Virus record (IMG/VR): IMGVR_UViG_3300021961_000085 | Span: 1,416 to 65,415 of that record | DNA from: a virus | Lineage: Duplodnaviria > Caudoviricetes | Strand: one strand, 5' to 3' | Length of the DNA stretch: 64,000 nucleotides | Part shown: positions 49,133-56,652 of the stretch, in pieces | Position numbering within the stretch: position 1 is the first letter of the stretch | Layout of the letters: each line of letters opens with the position of its first letter | Translations under genes and position numbers: made by a program | The notes under the pieces: generated by a model | The model's input: only the letters and a program-made list of their open reading frames with translations | Database searches by the model: none | Told to the model about the DNA's origin: nothing

Positions 49133-49214
49133 TTTTCTATTTCTTTTGGTACAAAAAAACCATCCTCAACTATGTTTTCTTTTCTTCATTACTAAATTTC
49201 ATAGGTACTCTAGC

Positions 49215-49361
49215 TTATCCATTTGCCGCATGTTGTTTATTCACTGATACGTCAGATCTTCTACCACCGACTGAAGTTAATTTCTTTTTGTACGCTAAGA
49301 AAAGATCATTCTCTTTCAAGATCTCGTCTAATTTCTTTGGATTTCTCTTGTTATTTTTCAT
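49215..49361 (-). CDS. Small basic hypothetical protein (not in track)
   Basis: MKNNKRNPKKLDEILKENDL...HAANG*; ATGA overlap with upstream gene. Confidence 0.5.
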   Translation of the reverse strand: MKNNKRNPKKLDEILKENDLFLAYKKKLTSVGGRRSDVSVNKQHAANG

Positions 49362-49627
49362 CGCTTTGGATTATTAAAACTGTTCCACTTATTGATTAAC
49401 TCTTGATTCCAACCACCTAGCTTGGCAACTTTGTCTTTGATGATCGCTAATTCACGCTCACCCTTTAACCATACTCTGTGATCGTCACTCATTTCGTACC
49501 ACCCGTCATGCTTTTCGAACATTTCTTCGATCGAAAGATCTTCAAAACGATCTTCATACTCGTAAAAGTAAACACTCGCTGCTGGGCACTGTGGCACACG
49601 TCTTCTGTATTTTTTCATGTAACTCAT
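49358..49627 (-). CDS. Hypothetical protein
   Basis: HDGWYEMSDDHRVWLKG; start reassigned to the ATG after the minimal tRNA-like element. Confidence 0.65.
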   Translation of the reverse strand: MSYMKKYRRRVPQCPAASVYFYEYEDRFEDLSIEEMFEKHDGWYEMSDDHRVWLKGERELAIIKDKVAKLGGWNQELINKWNSFNNPKR

Positions 49628-49629
49628 AG

Positions 49630-49676
49630 AACCTTGAGTGAGGATCGCACTCACACACGCAAACTATTGCAAGGTT
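49630..49676 (-). ncRNA. Minimal tRNA-like element C, 47 nt
   Basis: AACCUUG/CAAGGUU 7-bp stem plus GUGAG-UGCGAUC-CUCAC T-arm, then CU-AUG. Confidence 0.55.
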
Positions 49677-49684
49677 GTTATATA

Positions 49685-49714
49685 TATTATCGAGCACTGT
49701 TCGTGCTTCATTTG
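49685..49714 (-). promoter_or_regulatory. Class-1 promoter-like motif
   Basis: CAA-N8-CGA-N8-CGATAATA. Confidence 0.7.
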
Positions 49715-49819
49715 CTAGCTTCCACCAAACACATAGTATATGAAGTTAACAAAGAATAGGATCGCTATTATTGCAATAACTGTTCCGATTGCATCGATTA
49801 TTTCTTCTTTTTTGTTCAT
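49715..49819 (-). CDS. Single-TM micropeptide (not in track)
   Basis: MNKKEEIIDAIGTVIAIIAILFFVNFIYYVFGGS*. Confidence 0.55.
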   Translation of the reverse strand: MNKKEEIIDAIGTVIAIIAILFFVNFIYYVFGGS

Positions 49820-49998
49820 ATTCCGCCTCCTAACGCTATGTCTAACTTGTACACCAACTTAGGCGCTACATTTAATGCTACTATGATAGCGAAACCGATC
49901 GCACCTACAAGTGCTGTTACTGCCGCGCCTGCTAGTGCTTTTACTGTTACACTTGATATTGTAACAATTGCTTTGTGTTGAAATTTTACTTTGTTCAT
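49816..49998 (-). CDS. Small membrane protein
   Basis: One long TM helix; start reassigned to ATG 49998. Confidence 0.6.
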   Translation of the reverse strand: MNKVKFQHKAIVTISSVTVKALAGAAVTALVGAIGFAIIVALNVAPKLVYKLDIALGGGI

Positions 49999-50000
49999 AG

Positions 50001-50042
50001 AAGTCACCGTAAGAATCGAACTTACACTAACCATTGTGACTT
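50001..50042 (-). ncRNA. Minimal tRNA-like element D, 42 nt
   Basis: AAGUCAC/GUGACUU 7-bp stem, loop AAUGGUUAGU, T-arm GUAAG-UUCGAUU-CUUAC, then CU-AUG. Confidence 0.6.
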
Positions 50043-50050
50043 GGTATATA

Positions 50051-50080
50051 TACTATCCAGACACCATCGCAATAGCGTTG
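50051..50080 (-). promoter_or_regulatory. Class-1 promoter-like motif
   Basis: CAA-N8-CGA-N8-GGATAGTA. Confidence 0.6.
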
Positions 50081-50106
50081 TAAAGTATATTGTTTGTTTG
50101 AGTGAT

Positions 50107-50140
50107 CAGAAATGGTGAGAGATGTAGTTCACCACTTCTG
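50107..50140. other. Intergenic hairpin
   Basis: CAGAAATGGTGA...TCACCACTTCTG; no U tract. Confidence 0.45.
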
Positions 50141-50156
50141 TGCAAGAATTTAAATA

Positions 50157-50387
50157 TTATTTCAAATTTTCTTGTAACACTCGTGGAATTGAAGTACTTG
50201 AAGTATAACTTTTGTACTTTTGGAAACACTCCATTGCTTCTAATTTTTCTTTCATTAGAGCAAATGCATCGTCGTGATTGTACTCGAAAGTTTTACCACT
50301 TTTGAAAGTAACTTTGATAATTGCATTTTTACCAACAAGTGATTGACGAATAACGAATCTTTTCATTTCTAATTTTTCTTTTGACAT
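50157..50387 (-). CDS. Hypothetical early protein
   Basis: A-rich leader behind a class-1 motif. Confidence 0.7.
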   Translation of the reverse strand: MSKEKLEMKRFVIRQSLVGKNAIIKVTFKSGKTFEYNHDDAFALMKEKLEAMECFQKYKSYTSSTSIPRVLQENLK

Positions 50388-50425
50388 AACTTTTTTTATA
50401 TTTAATTGTTTAACTTAATTTACTA

Positions 50426-50455
50426 TATTATCGATCGTGCATCGTAATTTATTTG
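50426..50455 (-). promoter_or_regulatory. Class-1 promoter-like motif
   Basis: CAA-N8-CGA-N8-CGATAATA. Confidence 0.7.
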
Positions 50456-50463
50456 TGAGTGAA

Positions 50464-50574
50464 TTACCAAACTTGCAAACAAATGTATATTAACAAGAAT
50501 GGCGAGAGGATCATGGCAAGCACAAGCGCAAGATCGATCAATCTGCTTACTTGTATGTTCTTATTGTTTTTCAT
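50464..50574 (-). CDS. Single-TM micropeptide
   Basis: MKNNKNIQVSRLIDLALVLAMILSPFLLIYICLQVW*; ATG lies 9 nt after a class-1 motif. Confidence 0.5.
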   Translation of the reverse strand: MKNNKNIQVSRLIDLALVLAMILSPFLLIYICLQVW

Positions 50575-50583
50575 ATTCGTATA

Positions 50584-50613
50584 TACTATCGAAAGGATCT
50601 CGTAAAAGTGTTG
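50584..50613 (-). promoter_or_regulatory. Class-1 promoter-like motif, first of the leftward block
   Basis: CAA-N8-CGA-N8-CGATAGTA. Confidence 0.65.
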
Positions 50614-50806
50614 CGCCAAAATGTAAAATGTAAATAGAAAATAACAAATAAGTATTAGTGTTAGTGTAAAAACAAAAAGGTGAAATGTTTTAAAGAAAAT
50701 GGCAAAAATAGGGGCCGGTGGGTTTTTAAAATTGACTTTTAATTTACAAAGCGAAGACGAGAGAGGCGGGGGCAATACCTTACTTCTATATATCTAATCA
50801 CAAATA

Positions 50807-50852
50807 GTGACATTAGCCTTATAAGTTATAATAAGTAAGTACCTATTGTCAC
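50807..50852. repeat. 46-bp imperfect palindromic site, copy 2
   Basis: GTGACATTAGCCTTATAAGTTATAATAAGTAAGTACCTATTGTCAC. Confidence 0.75.
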
Positions 50853-50860
50853 CCTATAAT

Positions 50861-50885
50861 TAAATACACTTTTTTACCTGTAATT
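50861..50885 (+). promoter_or_regulatory. Class-2 promoter-like motif
   Basis: TAAATA-N13-GTAATT at the head of the rightward block. Confidence 0.5.
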
Positions 50886-50887
50886 AT

Positions 50888-52063
50888 ATGGTGGAGATGC
50901 CAAAGATACATACTATAGCAACAGACAATACAATTACTGGTACCGATAAGTTATTAGGATCAGATGGAGCAGTTGGCTCAGCTAACGCTACTAAGAACTA
51001 TACCATGTCTGGTATTAGCAGTTACGTGTTGAGTCAAACAGACACAAACACGTTTAAGACTATAGAAGTAGCTGGGCAGGCAGATATTGTTGCTGACGTG
51101 AATGCAGATACGCTTACTTTGGTGGCGGGTGATTATATCAGTATAGCAACAGACGCATCGACAGACACTATCACTATAACAGGTACTAACACTCCATATA
51201 CAGCAGGTGCTGGTTTGGACCTGACTGGTACTACGTTGTCAGTTGATTCAACGGTGGTTGTTACATCTGGTGCTCAAACAATAGCTGGTGTTAAGACATT
51301 CAGCGACACTATAACTGGTAGCATAGATGGAAATGCAGCTACAGTAACGAACGGAGTTTACACTATAGGTGATCAAACAATTTACGGGGTTAAAACTTTC
51401 GACGATGTTATATCTGGAGATATTGACGGTAATGCTGTTACTGTTACTAATGGTGTTTATACTACGGGGAATCAAACGATAGGAGGCACCAAGACATTTA
51501 GTGATACTATTATTGGTAGTATTGATGGAAACGCTGGAACAGTTACCAATGGTGTATATACCACTGGCAATCAAAGCATATACGGTGTTAAGTCTTTTCC
51601 AGACGGCATAGCTGTACCTGGTTTTGATTTTACGACATCATTTGGCTCTATAAAAGAAGCTAAAGTGATAGTTACTACCGCTAATTTGATTTCATTAAAC
51701 GGTGGTGGAGATTATACGTTAATATCTTCTCCTGGATCAAACAAAATGATCGTACCTATATCTATTATAGCATTCTTGGATTACAATTCTACTACGTACA
51801 ACTTTAGCGAGGATTTGTATATTGGACTAGAGGGACTGGTTGGTTCAAATCCAGAAGAGTATTTTACGAAGATTAGATCACAGCTAGTAAACAGTACTGT
51901 TAATAAATTTGAGTATGCGCCACAGGTATTTGCCACTGATCACATAGAAGTAGGCACTGATACGGCATTAGTGTTGCATGCGACAACTGGAAACAGTGTA
52001 AATACAGGTAATTCTGATTTAGTACTTAATATACTATACAGGGTAGTAGACCTTACAACATAA
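50888..52063 (+). CDS. Fibre / decoration-type structural protein (likely start 50897)
   Basis: Thr/Gly-rich, YTAGAGLDLTGTT motif, tandem 33-aa repeats. Confidence 0.65.
   Translation: MVEMPKIHTIATDNTITGTDKLLGSDGAVGSANATKNYTMSGISSYVLSQTDTNTFKTIEVAGQADIVADVNADTLTLVAGDYISIATDASTDTITITGTNTPYTAGAGLDLTGTTLSVDSTVVVTSGAQTIAGVKTFSDTITGSIDGNAATVTNGVYTIGDQTIYGVKTFDDVISGDIDGNAVTVTNGVYTTGNQTIGGTKTFSDTIIGSIDGNAGTVTNGVYTTGNQSIYGVKSFPDGIAVPGFDFTTSFGSIKEAKVIVTTANLISLNGGGDYTLISSPGSNKMIVPISIIAFLDYNSTTYNFSEDLYIGLEGLVGSNPEEYFTKIRSQLVNSTVNKFEYAPQVFATDHIEVGTDTALVLHATTGNSVNTGNSDLVLNILYRVVDLTT
51275..51598 (+). repeat. Tandem 99-bp (33-aa) coding repeat, about 3.3 copies
   Basis: QTIxGxKTFxDxIxGxIDGNAxTVTNGVYTxG units start at 51275, 51374, 51473, 51572. 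Confidence 0.9.
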
Positions 52064-52098
52064 AACCATAGCTCTAACCGAGCTTAAATAATAAAACC

Positions 52099-52413
52099 AT
52101 GACATATTATTATTACAAAACCAACACTTGGTCTGGCAGTTCTAGACCAACGGAGGAAATCATCGAAGCTATGAAATTCCTTTCGGAAAAAAAGAACTGG
52201 AGAATTGTTAAGCTACCAAACGGGTATTACCAAACAGAGCATAAGCACGTAGGTTGCGGATGCAAGCCAGATGGAAATTGTGACAGATGGCAAGACATTA
52301 CTCGTAGAGAAACCATTGAAGCCGCAGAAGAAGCTATTGACAGTAGCATCGACTACTACAAGAAGAGGTTAAACTTAGTAGAAGGCCCTAAAGTAGTTAA
52401 AACTTTCGAATAA
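52099..52413 (+). CDS. Conserved hypothetical protein
   Basis: KKNWRIVKLPNGYYQTE...ITRRETIEAAE. Confidence 0.65.
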   Translation: MTYYYYKTNTWSGSSRPTEEIIEAMKFLSEKKNWRIVKLPNGYYQTEHKHVGCGCKPDGNCDRWQDITRRETIEAAEEAIDSSIDYYKKRLNLVEGPKVVKTFE

Positions 52414-52437
52414 CCAAAAAGCAAGTAATTTAATTAA

Positions 52438-54006
52438 ATGGAATATAATCAACCAAGTCAAATCGTCAAGCATTTAAACTTCGGCGGTGAGGCAAGAGAA
52501 CAAATCATGGCAGGGGTTAATAAATTAACCAATGCAGTAAAATCGACACTTGGCGCTTCAGGTAGATGTGTAATCTACGAAGACGCTTTGGGTAAGCCGG
52601 TGATTACAAAAGATGGTGTAACCGTTGCGGAAAGCGTAGTCTTATATGATCCGGTTGAAAACATAGGTGCAACACTCATCAAAGAGGCTGCAAAAAATAC
52701 AGTGAAGGAAGCAGGTGACGGTACCACCACGGCAACCGTCCTTGCTCAATCACTATTAGAACAAGTAACAAATGCGCAAAACAGTGGAGCAAATGTTAGA
52801 GAAATTAAAAACGGAATCAAAACGGGTCTTGAAAAAGTCAATAAATATCTTGAAGAAAAAACTATCAAGGTTGATGAGGCTATGCTTAGACACGTTGCTG
52901 CTATCAGTTGCAATAACGATAGCGAGCTTGGAGGCATTATATCAGAAGCTTACATCAAAGTAGGATCTGATGGCGTGGTACTAATGGAGGAAAGCGCAAC
53001 TAATGAAACATACGTTGACATTGTTGATGGTGTACAAATAGATTGCGGACTCAAGTCGAACTACTTAATAACTGATAAAGATAGAAATGTAGCTGAACTA
53101 GAGAACCCTTATATACTGATCAGCAAGTCTCCAATACCCAATATACGCAAAATACAAAACATATTAGAGTTTGTTATTAAGAAGAACAGGGCGTTACTTA
53201 TTGTTGGTAACCTAGAGCAACAACCAACTGCAGCATTACTCACAAACAAAGTAAAAGGTAATATTAAAGTGAACTTCATTGATCTTCCTGGTTTTGGTCC
53301 TACCAAAGACGATGCTATTGAAGATCTGGCAATTATCACAGGAGCTAAAGTTATATCAGAGGAACTAGGCGATGACTTTGACTTGATCGACACTAATTGC
53401 TTGGGCGAAGCTAATAAAGTTGTAACTGATAATAAATACACTGTGTTTACAGTAGATAAATCAGGCAAAGACTTAAAAGAGCGCATAAAGCAGGTGAAAG
53501 ATCTTATAGGCAAAGAAGATAAAAATCCTTATCTAAAGAAAAAGCTAGAAGAAAGATTAGCAATACTAGCGGGTAGCGTTGGAGTTGTTCGCGTTGGTGC
53601 TGATTCTAAAATCGAACTTAAAGAAAAGAAAGATAGAGTTGAAGATGCTATATATGCAACTAAAGCCGCACTAAGAGAAGGTATTGTACCTGGCGGAGGC
53701 GTAGCATTAATGAACGCATCGACAGACTTGATCGCAGATAATATTGGAGAAGAATTATTACTAGAAGCAATTAGAAGACCATTTGAGACTATATTATTAA
53801 ACGCTGACATGTCTGCAGAAGATGATCCGTTGGAAGGTCAAGGTATTAATGTAGTGGATGGCTCTGTTGTTAACATGGTAGAAGCTGGAATAATAGATCC
53901 AGTATTAGTAACTAAGGCAGCTTTGAAAAATGCAGCATCTGTAGTTACTACTATTATGTCTGCTGATTGTGTAATCAATAATATGAGGACAAATGAAGGC
54001 AGTTAG
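52438..54006 (+). CDS. groEL: Chaperonin GroEL (Cpn60)
   Basis: [42 protein letters not shown]; no GGM tail. Confidence 0.95.
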   Translation: MEYNQPSQIVKHLNFGGEAREQIMAGVNKLTNAVKSTLGASGRCVIYEDALGKPVITKDGVTVAESVVLYDPVENIGATLIKEAAKNTVKEAGDGTTTATVLAQSLLEQVTNAQNSGANVREIKNGIKTGLEKVNKYLEEKTIKVDEAMLRHVAAISCNNDSELGGIISEAYIKVGSDGVVLMEESATNETYVDIVDGVQIDCGLKSNYLITDKDRNVAELENPYILISKSPIPNIRKIQNILEFVIKKNRALLIVGNLEQQPTAALLTNKVKGNIKVNFIDLPGFGPTKDDAIEDLAIITGAKVISEELGDDFDLIDTNCLGEANKVVTDNKYTVFTVDKSGKDLKERIKQVKDLIGKEDKNPYLKKKLEERLAILAGSVGVVRVGADSKIELKEKKDRVEDAIYATKAALREGIVPGGGVALMNASTDLIADNIGEELLLEAIRRPFETILLNADMSAEDDPLEGQGINVVDGSVVNMVEAGIIDPVLVTKAALKNAASVVTTIMSADCVINNMRTNEGS

Positions 54007-54250
54007 TTACTATTTGGTTATAGCCAAGATAAAAGAAAAACCTAAATCAACAAGTGGCTTTATTTTATCCGAGACGCAAAGTGAGGACATTAGGTACTTA
54101 AAGGGAGAAGTTATTAGCGTAGGAGAGGCTATAGGTAATATAAAAGAAGGAGACATAGTCTGGTATGATAAGCATGCTGGGCACGGCATAGAGTTCAATG
54201 ATAAATACTACTATGTCATAAAATATAGTGATGTTGTTATTTTAGAATGA
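53993..54250 (+). CDS. groES: Co-chaperonin GroES (Cpn10)
   Basis: TSGFILS mobile loop, GEVISVG, IKEGDIVWY; overlaps groEL. Confidence 0.85.
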   Translation: MKAVSYYLVIAKIKEKPKSTSGFILSETQSEDIRYLKGEVISVGEAIGNIKEGDIVWYDKHAGHGIEFNDKYYYVIKYSDVVILE

Positions 54251-54687
54251 GGGTAAGTGCATCTGATCTTAGAGAAATGCAGTTGTTCAGGTACTACAGG
54301 CTCGTTAGAAAATGGGCCTGTAAAACCTATGGATTAACTGATGCAGATCTTGAGCTACTCATAAGCCTTGATTGTATTGGACGCTTCACTAGAAAAGAGT
54401 TTCAAGACGGTGAATACATAATGTCTTGGGATAAACTAAGGTGGGATAGATTAAGAAGAGAGGGCTGGATAGAGGTGTGGAGGCAGAGGAATAGAACAAC
54501 TATCAAGTACACTATATACAAAACATCGTTCAAGTGCTCTCAACTAATCAGTCGCATGTACCGAATACTGCTAGGGGAAGAAGATGTACCAACGGGCGAA
54601 AGAAACGTATTCTATAAAAACAAAACATATACGGACAAAGTATTTAATAAAGCCGTAGATGATATGATAAAAGATAACAACAGATAA
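54247..54687 (+). CDS. Conserved hypothetical protein, possible winged helix
   Basis: YGLTDADLELL...LRREGWIEVWR pattern. Confidence 0.5.
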   Translation: MRVSASDLREMQLFRYYRLVRKWACKTYGLTDADLELLISLDCIGRFTRKEFQDGEYIMSWDKLRWDRLRREGWIEVWRQRNRTTIKYTIYKTSFKCSQLISRMYRILLGEEDVPTGERNVFYKNKTYTDKVFNKAVDDMIKDNNR

Positions 54688-54691
54688 CACT

Positions 54692-54907
54692 ATGAAAGAC
54701 AGAACTAAAACTTCAGCAAAGTTTAATTTAGAACCTAAGCCGTCTAAAAACACAGATACGTGCTTTTCAGAAAAAACAAAAGCAGCAATGTACGCTAAGC
54801 CCGCAATGTGCGGACCAAAACATGGACCTAAAATGATGATCAACACTAATGATCTACCAACAGGGGCTAAGAAGTTGGTAGAAGGTGTAGCTAACAAATA
54901 TAAATAA
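54692..54907 (+). CDS. Small basic protein
   Basis: AAMYAKPAM motif shared with the next ORF. Confidence 0.55.
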   Translation: MKDRTKTSAKFNLEPKPSKNTDTCFSEKTKAAMYAKPAMCGPKHGPKMMINTNDLPTGAKKLVEGVANKYK

Positions 54908-54940
54908 ACATAACAACAAACTATATAAAACAAAAAAATT

Positions 54941-55459
54941 ATGGCTTACAAAGTAGGTGGCAAAAAGCCACAAATGAACAACGCTAGTAGCATAAAGACT
55001 AATGCTGCTATGTATGCAAGTAAAACATCTATGTATGGAAAACCGATGATGAATGGTGGCCCTGGAGATGACGAAAAGAAGAAAGCGCAAGAAGCACAAA
55101 GAGCTGCTCAACAACGAGCAAAAGAAGCAACCGCATTTAGACAATCAATGTATAGTTCTGACTTCGGGAATTTATCTAAAGACGTAGCTAAAGACCAAGG
55201 AAAGCAAGATTTTTACTACGGAGACAACTCAGATAAAGGTAAAAGTCTTAAATCTTTGTATGCTTCAAAGGAGTACTCAAAATTTGCTCAATCTCAAGGT
55301 GGAGATAGTGAAGAATTACGCAAGAAAGTTGCAGGCGAATTTGCGTTTGCTACGAAACTTGGTAAAAGCCAGTTTGCAAAGTCTTCCGAGGGTAGAGAGG
55401 CTAAGCTTCGCGAAGGCATAGCTATTGCTGAGTCTCTTGGTAGAAAAAGAAAAAACTAA
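54941..55459 (+). CDS. Basic low-complexity protein
   Basis: AAMYASKTSMYGKPMM repeats; A-rich leader. Confidence 0.6.
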   Translation: MAYKVGGKKPQMNNASSIKTNAAMYASKTSMYGKPMMNGGPGDDEKKKAQEAQRAAQQRAKEATAFRQSMYSSDFGNLSKDVAKDQGKQDFYYGDNSDKGKSLKSLYASKEYSKFAQSQGGDSEELRKKVAGEFAFATKLGKSQFAKSSEGREAKLREGIAIAESLGRKRKN

Positions 55460-55462
55460 ATA

Positions 55463-55921
55463 ATGCAAGAAGGCAATAAAAAGTTCAAAGACACAAAAGT
55501 CGGTAAATTCTTATCTGAGAAGGCACCAGGTATTCTAGAGTCTGTGGGTGACGTATTGCCGGACAAAGGTATATTAGGTATTGTAAAAAACCTAATAGAA
55601 AAAGATAAGAGCTTGCCGCCTCAAGATAAAGAGACGGCTTTAGCTCTATTAAATCAAGATACAATTGAGATGCAAGAGGTAACCGAAAGATGGTCTAGTG
55701 ATATGACGTCAGATTCGTGGCTGTCAAAAAACACTAGGCCTCTTGCTCTTATCTATCTAACAATTATAACTACGCTAATGATAATAGTAGATAGCACGGC
55801 TATAGACTTTGACGTTAAACCTAGTTGGGTTACTTTATTAGAAACATTATTAGTAACAGTTTACATAGCTTACTTCGGCTCACGAGGTGTAGAAAAATAC
55901 AAATCAATATCAAACAAATAA
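55463..55921 (+). CDS. Holin-like membrane protein
   Basis: RWSSDMTSDSWLSKNTRP, two TM helices, AYFGSRGVEK. Confidence 0.7.
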   Translation: MQEGNKKFKDTKVGKFLSEKAPGILESVGDVLPDKGILGIVKNLIEKDKSLPPQDKETALALLNQDTIEMQEVTERWSSDMTSDSWLSKNTRPLALIYLTIITTLMIIVDSTAIDFDVKPSWVTLLETLLVTVYIAYFGSRGVEKYKSISNK

Positions 55922-55924
55922 AAT

Positions 55925-56632
55925 ATGCCAAGAATAAGTAACATAGCAGTAGATCAATCGGTAGACAAAAATGACAAGCTGCTTGGGACAAACTCTGGCG
56001 GTGGAACTAAAAATTATCGATTAGAAGATATAACTAGTTTCATTAGAGACACTGGAGCTGCCGGAGTAATCGGGCAGTTTTCTTATATATTTTATAATTC
56101 TAGTTTTGGCGGATCTAGTACTAGACCTGCTGGATCTATGACTATTAGTACTTATTATAAGAGTGTACTTTTCAGCGATGTTACCACTATAAAAGTGAGT
56201 GACAAGATGTATCAATCAAGTGGTGTTGTACCTAATGCCATAGATTCATTTACTGATAAACAAGTGATAATAGCAAAGAACACGGATCAAAACGTGTTTG
56301 GTGTATTTACTTGCACCGCTGTAACGCAAGATCCAGTAGAGACTAATTTCTACGATTTGACATTGCGTTACGAAAAAGGCAATGGAAGCCTTGAAGTAGA
56401 ACAATTTTATTCAATTATGTTATATGCTGGTGCCCAAGACAAAGAATATAGGCACGATCAAAACTCTGCTAGTTCAACATGGACTATTAACCACAATTTA
56501 AACAAGTTTCCTGCGGTTATCGTATTTGATTCTGCTGGTAGCCAGGCTGTTGGTGCAATAACTCATGATAGCAAAAATCAATTAACAATAACATTTTCTG
56601 CTTCATTTAGCGGAATAGCATACCTAAACTAA
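55925..56632 (+). CDS. Structural protein
   Basis: N-terminus like that of 50897 (DKLLG...TKNY); C-terminal WTINHNLNKFPAV domain. Confidence 0.6.
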   Translation: MPRISNIAVDQSVDKNDKLLGTNSGGGTKNYRLEDITSFIRDTGAAGVIGQFSYIFYNSSFGGSSTRPAGSMTISTYYKSVLFSDVTTIKVSDKMYQSSGVVPNAIDSFTDKQVIIAKNTDQNVFGVFTCTAVTQDPVETNFYDLTLRYEKGNGSLEVEQFYSIMLYAGAQDKEYRHDQNSASSTWTINHNLNKFPAVIVFDSAGSQAVGAITHDSKNQLTITFSASFSGIAYLN

Positions 56633-56652
56633 AAGAATAAAAACTATAAATT

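Noticed and set aside
39167-50613. CRISPR array from the repeated motifs
   Set aside because: Copies are dispersed, degenerate and gene-associated; no regular spacers or cas genes
47827-50775. Track starts at 48327, 48628, 49654, 50034 and 50775
   Set aside because: The N-terminal extensions merely translate the tRNA-like elements or promoter DNA; downstream ATGs fit better
52070-52084. Terminator AGCTC-TAACC-GAGCT
   Set aside because: Only a 5-bp stem with no U tract; insufficient support
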